DNA of 29,754 nt from Octopus sinensis (lineage: Eukaryota). Each line of letters begins with the position of its first letter. The stretch's first letter is position 1. The notes under the pieces are model-generated. The model saw only the letters and a program-made list of their open reading frames with translations, was not told where the DNA came from and ran no database searches. Below, in pieces: positions 21,396-29,754 of this stretch. The translations under genes were made by a program, and so were the position numbers. Where the stretch lies: NCBI RefSeq assembly GCF_006345805.1, contig NW_021832883.1, forward strand, positions 1 to 29,754, written 5' to 3'.

Positions 21396-22165
21396 ATGGA
21401 AGACCTATTAGCTTCCATAGTACAGTTGCAAAAACAACAAGAGCAGCAAATGGAGTTGCAGAAGCGGCTATTACAGCAACTATGACAACAACAACAACAA
21501 CAACAACAACAATTATTGGAACTACATTCAAAGAAGTCCAAAAATGAGACAAGTTCGTTTTCGCCAGAAGGCGTTCCGAACTCGATAAATGAATTCAGTT
21601 GTAATCCAGAGGGGGCTATAACTTTTCCAGCGTACTACAAGGAGATTTTTAAACAAGATTGTAAATCATGGTCGAACGAAGAAAACGTGAGATGGTTATT
21701 GCGAAAATTAGCTCTGGTTGAGCATGAACGTTCTGGTAATTTCATATTGCCCAAAACAACCTGATGAAAATTGTTTTAAAGAAACAATAGAATTACTGTC
21801 TCACATATCCGGTAATAAAACTTCTCTATTTAACACTCGAATGAAGTGTGGGAATATAACGAAGAAAGAGAATGATTAATTTATCACATACGCAGGATGT
21901 TTGAAAATTTTAAACCCAAATAACTTACACCTGAGATGTTCTAGTGACTTATTTTCGTACAAGGCCTTACAGCAAGCGAAGATACAGAAATTCGGGCAAG
22001 AATTCTTTTTAAATTGAAACAAGCGAACCAAGATCCAACCTTACAATGTGTGACAGAAGCATGTCAAAGAATGGTAAATCTGAAACATGATGAAGAAAAA
22101 TTTCAAGAAATGGACTCCTCAAAAATACAGATATGCCGACCGGAGAAGTACAGCCATCTTTATCG
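21396..22165 (+). pseudogene. Decayed Gypsy gag; element truncated, no pol or 3' LTR seen
   Basis: MEDLLASIVQLQKQQEQQ...(Q run)...EFSCNPEGAITFPAYYKEIFKQDCKSWSNEENVRWLLRKLALVEHERSGNFILPK / SLFNTRMKC / FITYAG / LIFVQGL...DTEIRARIL...TLQCVTEACQRMVNLKHD, with stops and frameshifts. It matches the invertebrate Gypsy gag motif string VRLLLRKL...EHERY.NFILPK...SLFN.R..C...ECQRL.NLKHD. Confidence 0.85.
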
Positions 22166-22167
22166 AT

Positions 22168-22208
22168 GTACCTGATGAGACCCAGACTAATGGGTCGAAA
22201 CGTTGTAC
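22168..22208 (+). ncRNA. Minimal type I hammerhead ribozyme candidate
   Basis: Stem I gtac/gtac; CTGATGA at 22172-22178; perfect 6-bp stem II gaccca/tgggtc; GAAA at 22197-22200; stem III reduced to the palindrome (A)ACGT(T); predicted GUU cleavage after 22204. Confidence 0.6.
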
Positions 22209-22462
22209 CCAACATAGTTTTAATACTGAGCCTATCTCCTGTTAATTAATACCATTACCCTCTCTTCCACTGCTGAGTTCCTAAAGTAGATCCAAAGGAG
22301 GTGCACCACAACTGCTGATGACAACAGGTAGTCTAAACTCTGCCGGTTCTCTACTCAACATTTAAACACACTAATCAACATAACCTTATCAGACCAAATT
22401 ATTTGTTATTAATTGTGACGACAGCTTCAAGGCTGAATCATATAAAAGGATAAAATAATATA

Positions 22463-22722
22463 TATTCTTTTATTCTTTTATTTGTTCCAGTCATTTGACT
22501 GCGGCCATGCTGGAGTACTGCATTTAGTCGAACAAATCGATCCCAGGACTTATTCTTTTTTTAAACTGGTACTTATTCTAGCGGTCACTTTTGCCGGAGC
22601 GCTATGTTACAGAGACGTAAACACACCGGCATCGGCTGTCAAGCGATGCTGGGAGAAGAAACACACACACACAAACATATATACACACACACATACACAC
22701 ACACACACACACACCACACACA

Positions 22723-22759
<37 letters not shown>

Positions 22760-22939
22760 TATATAGATATATTATACGACGGGTTTCTTTCAGTTTCCGT
22801 CTACCAAATCCATGCATACGTCTTTGATTGGCCCGAGGCTATAGTAGAAGACACTTGCCCCAGGTGTCATGCATTGAGGCTGAACTCGTAACCATGTGGT
22901 TGGTAAGCAAGCTACTACTACATAACTACTCCTGTGCCT
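22463..22939 (-). mobile_element. Full-length tRNA-derived SINE (octopus OR-type, CORE-like) with an internal (CA)/(TA) expansion
   Basis: Minus strand head aggcacaggagtagtt...tagcttgcttaccaaccacatggttacgagttcagcc, a CORE-like gggcaagtgtcttctac segment and the conserved tail. Confidence 0.85.
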
Positions 22940-23146
22940 ATATCTACATGTATATTTTCGGATTCGGTATTTCGAGAAAACAAAAATAGGTTACTACATG
23001 TGGAACACGTGCCGAAGTGTGACAAGTCTTCACAGAAAAATAAAGAACGTCAGATATAAAATAAGATTTCAATATCTCACAGCTTTATTACTAATTAAAC
23101 ATAGAATTGGTAACCAAAACTCTCCGCAGACACAGAAGCTGTTAAT

Positions 23147-23426
23147 GTTTATTCTTTTTACTCTTTTAGTTGTTTCAGTCATTTTACTGTGGCTATGCTG
23201 TAGCACCGCCTTTAGTCGAGCAAATCGACCCCAGGACTTATTCTTTGTAAGCCTAGTACTTATTCTATCGGTATCTTTTGCCGAACCGCTAAGTGACGGG
23301 GACGTAATCACACCAGCATCGATTGTCAAGCGATGTTGGGGGGACAAACACAGACATACAAACATACACACTCACACACACAAATATATATATACATATA
23401 TATACATATATGTATATATATATATA

Positions 23427-23490
<64 letters not shown>

Positions 23491-23510
23491 TATATAATAT
23501 ATATATTATA

Positions 23511-23546
<36 letters not shown>

Positions 23547-23728
23547 CATACATAAATATATATACATATATACGACGGGCTTCTTTCAGTTTCCGTCTAC
23601 CAAATCCACTCACAAGGCTTTGGTCGGTCCGAGACTATAGTAGAAGACACTTGCCCAAGGTGCCACGCAGTGGGACTGAACTCGGAAGCATGTGGTTCGT
23701 AAGCAAGTTGCTTACCACACAGCCACAT
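23147..23728 (-). mobile_element. Full-length SINE with an 8-bp TSD and an internal (TA)n expansion of about 200 bp
   Basis: Head gtggctgtgtggtaagcaacttgc...ccgagttcagtcccactgcg; TSD ctgttaat at 23139-23146 and 23729-23736. Confidence 0.9.
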
Positions 23729-24974
23729 CTGTTAATCAATTCTTGCAGTTTTAAAGATGAGTACTGCAAACAACGAAATCCCTGATAAGCAGAACGATGG
23801 CATGGTCACGTTTGGAATATATTTGAGCGTAGAATTTTCTCAATCAGGACCGAAGCAGGGTTAAACAACTAATGAACGATAAGTGACAGGACTCGTATAA
23901 TAAAATATAATTATGGACATTATCTGATAACCTATCAAATGCTTAATTTGCGAGAACATAGATGAAAACGGAAAGAATATTTGAAAGTGAGGTTGAATTA
24001 TGTTGAAAAGAAAATAATTATTGAATCAAATACATTTTTGGATCAGAGGGGATAATACAAATCTAAGAATAATTGGCAACACACTAATGCGGGGATGACA
24101 TTTTAAAATAAAGAGTAAGAAGTCGGGAAATTAGATTTATTCATTATTACAAACGTACGTAACCGGAAGGTGAAATTAACTTGTTCATTATGTCTAAAAG
24201 TTTATTCCGGAAAATTGTAATGGTAGGAAAATATTGCTGAAAAATAATAATTAAGTAAAATTCCTACACTAAAGATTAAGGAAAGACAAAGATAAAGCAA
24301 TCGATAATGTTGTTGTTTTTGGAACACAACGATATTTTTTGAAGAAAAATAAAGTTAAAGAAAAAAAGATATTACCTTGGTTTGAATTTTTCTGGCATCC
24401 TTTAGTTTCACCAGAAACCTGTTGACTGTAAATCATAATATTCAACTCATTTTGTAACAAAAAAAAAAAAAATTATAATATTTATACAGAAATCCTATAA
24501 GAGAGAGAGAGAGAGAGAGAGAGGATGGTGGGGTTGAAAGCGTTCCACAGTCCATTATTTCCTTAAACGAACTAAAATGTTAGCGTGTCGCACCAGCTGA
24601 GTTCCATAATTAACTTTAAAGAAAGAAACATAAAAACAAATGTATAAAAAGTAAATAAAGATATGAGAAACGTATCGAAATGAAACGAAATTAAAATAAT
24701 CTCTGATTAACTGAACGGATGCAATATAATAATATACCTTATCAGGCATCCATCTTCATATCAAATGGTCTTTGTGTTCTAAAACATAGAGTTGCCGTTA
24801 GATACAACAATAAATCCGTCAGGTGAATGCCGTATGATATCACGTAAGCCGAGGCATTGTTAAAATAACGAAACGGTTTCTAATTTCACTATCAATATTT
24901 AATTCAATTCACTTAATTTTTTTTTGTGTTATGTTCTCAGCGGAAATTCAAAATATTTATAGTTCTACTACACC

Positions 24975-25180
24975 AAGGTGGCGAACTGGCAGAATCGTTA
25001 GCACGTCGGACAAAATGCTTAGCGGCATTTCCTCCGGTTCTTTACGTTCTGAGTTCAAATCCCGCCGGCATCAACTTTAACTCACATTCGTTCGTTGTCG
25101 ATAAAATAAAATACCACTCAAGTAACTAGAGACCATGTAATCAGTTAGACCCTTTCTCCCTAAAATTGCTGGATTTTAGC
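24975..25180 (+). mobile_element. tRNA-derived SINE, single diverged copy of the family that forms the 8559 array
   Basis: aaggtggcgaactggcagaatcgttagcacgtcggacaaaatgcttagcgg...acgttctgagttcaaatcccgcc. Confidence 0.75.
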
Positions 25181-25304
25181 CCAAATTTTAGGCAATTATT
25201 AACTTTAAATTCGCTTCCTTTGCTTTCCTGCAAGAAATTCGCAATGTTTTTAATTCTACAACCATTCAACACAATTGTGAGCACGTCGCACATAATGCTT
25301 AGCG

Positions 25305-25610
25305 ATCTATCGGGTTCTTTTGCCGAACCACTAAGTTACGGGGACGTAAGCACACTAGCATCGGTTGTCAAGCGATTTTTTTTTTGGGGGGGGGGCAAAC
25401 ACAGACACACAAACATACACGCACACATACATATATATACATATACATATATACGACGGGCTTCTTTCAGTTTCCGTCTACCAAATCCACTCACAAGGCT
25501 TTGGTCGGCCCGAGGCTATAGTAGAAGACACTTGCCGAAGGTTCCACACAGTGGGAGTGAACATAGAACCATTTGGTTGGTAGGCAAGCTACTTACTACA
25601 CAGCCACTCT
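25305..25610 (-). mobile_element. SINE copy missing its 3' tail
   Basis: Highly similar to 23270-23728 from head to mid-body; it stops at atctatcggg. Confidence 0.8.
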
Positions 25611-26516
25611 CTATACATCTTGGCGAAAAAGAAATAACTGAAAAATGTTTACTTTTATACTTATATTCTGAATTACTTCGGATTTTATATTTTGCGGTGA
25701 CATTTCATATTCAATTATTTCTAAAACTCCATAAATATGTTAATTAATGTTCCAGAATGCTACATTGCCTGCAAGAGACGGTGAAAATAATATTTGTAAC
25801 TGAATTTTAATGCGTTATGGAAATGAAAATCACCATTTCTTATCTACGATTTCTTTTCCTCGGCATAATTTTGGTAAATCGCTTATTGACATCGTTCGTT
25901 CGTTTACATTCGGTTAATGTAAGAAATTATTGAAAATATGAGAAACATATTTCACGCTTTGAATATGTAATTTTGCATCTTGTTCATATGTGTAGCCTTG
26001 TTTATCATTGATTCGTTTATTCTTCACTGTTCCCTGATAATACACTACACTCAAATGTAGTGCTTATCATGAATTGATCTGTGATATCACGGGTCAGCGT
26101 GTTTGTACTATAGAAACTTTCCCGAGATAGCACCTACAATCCTTAGCTATTCAGAAACCACTGACTATTGCTTGTGTTTACATCACCGTGCATTAAAGCG
26201 GCGTCTTTTGGTATGGATTTACGTACCCGCATCCATCTACATCAGAGCAGTAAATAGAAAAATAATGACGGTGCCTGATAGTAGCAAATAACTCAGACTA
26301 GTGTCTTCTCTACCTGTAAAAGTAGTTACGATTGAGAGAATACTCACTTATTTCCGTCTTCCGTGTAGTATTTCAATTATAAATTTGAGAGTACTACTAA
26401 TCAAAATACGAATTCGACCAAGCGACACCGAATAGCTAATATCCAAAAACCTTTACCTGCGTGAAATAAAAGTATTGCTGTCTGGGAGATATCTTATGAT
26501 AGTGGAATAGTATTTA

Positions 26517-26681
26517 ACTGCTATTTCTAAATTCCGGGATGTGGTGAAGCAATTTGCTGAACCCTAATTATAATTATGCTTATAATCATAGAACTTTTGT
26601 ATAAGGTTATCGATAAAGATTTTTTTAACATACCGAACTACTTAGTAAAATCATTAATTATTAATTAATTAATTTTACCCT

Positions 26682-26690
<9 letters not shown>
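26517..26690 (+). repeat. Dispersed repeat related to 11018-11175
   Basis: Shares the same motifs as 11018-11175 and runs into (att)n. Confidence 0.5.
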
Positions 26691-26718
<28 letters not shown>

Positions 26719-26736
26719 CATTATTATTATTATTAT

Positions 26737-27196
26737 GTTTGACTTTTGCTTTATATTTGTACAAGTTGGCTCCAAGTCTCACCCGGGGACCTCAAGAGAC
26801 AACAGGTTGGAAGTTCACGTTGTTGTTATGCCTAGTGTGCCATATATTTGGGGTTTTTTTGTGTTGTACTAGTGGATGTCTAAAAAATAAAAAAAAATTT
26901 TAATGTTTGTTTTAAACCTTGAGATTACATAGAAAGTATTTTGCGTAGGATATGAGCAGTTCCCATAAGCACTATCTTTTTAATTTCTGCCATTTTGAGG
27001 TTTCCTGGTATCTGAGTTAGGTAGTAATCAGCCCCTTTTGCTATCATTCCCAGGGCACCTATGACAACAGGTATTGTTTTAGTCTTCAGGATCCACATTA
27101 TGCTGATTTCTATTTCAAGATCTTTATATTTGCCCAGTTTTTGGTAGGTCTTGACAGATACGTTTATATCGATTGGGACAGTCATATCAATGAGGA

Positions 27197-27198
<2 letters not shown>
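26737..27198 (-). mobile_element. 5'-truncated R4/Dong-like (restriction-like endonuclease) LINE inserted in (TAA)n
   Basis: Open frame (L)IDMTVPIDINVSVKTYQKLGKYKDLEIEISIMWILKTKTIPVVIGALGMIAKG...QIPGNLKMAEIKKIVLMGTAHILRKILSM* (stop at 26925) matches the R4/Dong endonuclease C-terminus. It has a 3' UTR of about 190 bp and pure (att)n on both flanks. Confidence 0.88.
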
Positions 27199-27256
<58 letters not shown>

Positions 27257-27816
27257 ATCAAAATAGAGCTACCAATTGTTTCATGCTACTGGAACTTTTC
27301 ACGAGGCTGATTTTTGTTCAGTACCGTGTGTCTCCAAGCGATCTTCAATCATGGACACATGGTATAGACAAAAGTACGCTATGAAATCTAACTAACCACG
27401 GACTCATTCACAAGCAACTATGAATGAAAAGTTCTTAGTTTGATGTAATTTACATAAGATGATATTTATTTTTCATTGGACAGAGTATGTTTTTTGTTGA
27501 TCCTATTTGAACGGAATAGCAAATAGTATGTACACACATACTCAAACAAACACACACAGACATGCACACACATACGCACGCACACACACACACACACACA
27601 AGCGAAACACACACATGTAGAGAGAGAGTACGTCTTTGAAGAGAGTAATCGCAAGCGCTCACACACATTAGGAAAAAACCTCTCCCCCAAAAGGTTAGTG
27701 ACATTCTGAAAAACGATTTTATAACTTTTTTAAAAAACAATTTAAAAAAAAAAGTCCCCCTTATACTCAAGAACTGTATTAAATAATTTTCAAAATGACT
27801 TTCAAATATATATATA

Positions 27817-27857
<41 letters not shown>

Positions 27858-28145
27858 TGTATTGACTATTTATTTTTCATGTACTTTATTGATTTTTAGA
27901 ATAATGTTTTTTATAGTATATTTAACTTTTTCTACATGGTGTGAATACGTTTTTCACTACTGAATTGCTTAATAGAGATTTTTCTCTAAATCATATATAT
28001 ATACCTATATATATAATTAATTAATAAGGGTGAGAGAATTAGATACTAATTTAATAGTATATCTATTCAACACCAAGTGGCTAGTGCTCCGAGTAAACCT
28101 GGATATTATAATATTTTATAACATATTATAATATTTTTTACAAAT

Positions 28146-28312
28146 AATATAAGAGAGTGGTCACTATATTGCTCATCACTCTAGCACCAGTTAATCCAAA
28201 AGGTTTCAACCACCAATCGTATGACTTTCATGGGAAGCATGTATTTTCGTGGTTGAAACCTTTTGGATTAACTGGTGCTAGAGTGAGCATATAGTGACCA
28301 CTCTCTTATATT
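28146..28312. mobile_element. Short fold-back element: about 66-bp arms and a 34-bp spacer
   Basis: aatataagagagtggtcactatattgctcatcactctagcaccagttaatccaaaaggtttcaaccac pairs with gtggttgaaaccttttggattaactggtgctagagtgagcatatagtgaccactctcttatatt; the right arm lacks about 4 nt. Confidence 0.8.
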
Positions 28313-28326
28313 TATTTTATATATTA

Positions 28327-28372
<46 letters not shown>

Positions 28373-28375
28373 GTA

Positions 28376-28408
<33 letters not shown>

Positions 28409-28539
28409 GTATACATATGTATACATACATGTACTTTTGTACGTACGCATGTATGTATGTATGCATGCATGTATGTGTGTATGCATATATACATACATAC
28501 ATATATATGTGCACGTATGTATGTAGGCATGTATGCATG

Positions 28540-28570
<31 letters not shown>

Positions 28571-28900
28571 TGCCCCACTGTATCCCAGGTTAATTGTGTT
28601 TTACTTGTCAAGTATATCTTGGAAATTTTTATACCTATGTGAATTATTTCTTTACAACAGTATATCCTGTAACATCTCGGATATTTCCTATCTATGTCAA
28701 GTATTGAGTTGAGTGTGAAATCACTCGACCTTCTCTTTTTTTTTCTATGTAACGCAAGAATTCACAAAGAATAAAAACATCCCAGAACACTTCATCAGAC
28801 GTCAAATATATTTGAAATATCTACTTCGGATGTCTCTTACTTTAATTTATTTAGTTTTTCTCACGTTATACATACGTGCGTAAGTACATATGTATGCATG

Positions 28901-28934
<34 letters not shown>

Positions 28935-29004
28935 CTTTCGCATATGTATAAAGTTATAAATACTAAATCTAATAAAGAGGCATTCGAAGTAGTTGTTAGA
29001 TTTA

Positions 29005-29058
<54 letters not shown>

Positions 29059-29754
29059 ATATATAATATATTTACACATACATACATATATATATATATG
29101 CATGTATATATGTATGTGCTTATATATATATATACATATATATATATATAATTTCATTTTATTATATATTCCTCCGTGTAATATAACTTCGTTTAAATTA
29201 TTATTTATATGTTTTTATGTTGTATATTAAAGAGATCCTCTCTAGAGATTTCTTTTTTAAATTTTTAAATTTTTATACAAGCTATCAATCATTTTAAGCA
29301 ATTTTCTTTAAAGAAAATGCTACGAATAGTCAATATCCTAACCGCGTATTCTCTTGATAGTGCATTTAACATTAACTCTTGTAAATTCTACAAAACCTGC
29401 TCTAAAAATCTACGCCAGAGTTAATGCTGAAATATAATCTCAACATCTTAGAAGACAAACTGTGACCATTCCATGAAATAATTTTCTACCGGCTAAACTC
29501 AAATAGATTTGTTCTATTCTTATCATCGGATTTATAATTTCCGGTCACAATTGTATGTTATCGTCTGTCTGAACTGCTGGAATCGAGACTATTTCCAGAT
29601 TTTAAAGGAAATCATTCTTTGCGCAACTCTATAATCTCAAACTTTTGTACAAATTACAAGGAAATATTACAATGAAACATACAGTTTCGACCTTGAATCT
29701 ACTTTGAAATTAATGTCTGACAATTAAAAAAACCGGAAGTGAAACTTACACATA

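Noticed and set aside
21762-21792. CTGATGA...GAAA motif (cctgatgaaaattgttttaaagaaac)
   Set aside because: No stem II or stem I pairing; it lies within Gypsy gag coding sequence (QPDENCFKET) and is a chance match.
22310-22348. Second hammerhead-like motif near 22315 (ctgatgacaacaggtagtctaaac)
   Set aside because: GAAA is replaced by TAAA and stem II overlaps the core. At best a decayed relic, so it is not called.
890-29087. Dozens of I/Y-, H/T-, C/V- or R-rich ORFs in the ORF track
   Set aside because: They are translations of (TA)n, (CA)n, (GAA)n and (TAA)n microsatellites or of SINE bodies, with no protein-like composition or splice context.

Overview
AT-rich eukaryotic non-coding DNA with no recognisable host protein-coding exon. 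It is most likely an octopus (coleoid cephalopod) intron or intergenic region; this is inferred from the tRNA-derived SINE families and the very dense (TA)n/(CA)n microsatellites. Most entries in the ORF track are microsatellite read-throughs. The window is a mosaic of mobile DNA: many tRNA-derived SINE copies, including one head-plus-4.2-unit tandem array inside a 23-bp target-site duplication, RTE-BovB-like and CR1/L2-like LINE remnants, and a Dong/R4-like LINE 3' end sitting in (TAA)n. It also holds a Gypsy 5' LTR with PBS and decayed gag, a mariner 5' fragment and a complete short Helitron. The strongest unexplained signal is a set of at least seven fold-back or palindromic structures plus five type I hammerhead-ribozyme loci. 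Three of those loci lie in the fold-backs with one copy per arm. One has a non-standard GUGAACA core, a G3-C8 swap of the usual C3-G8 pair. All ribozyme calls come from manual folding, and activity is untested.
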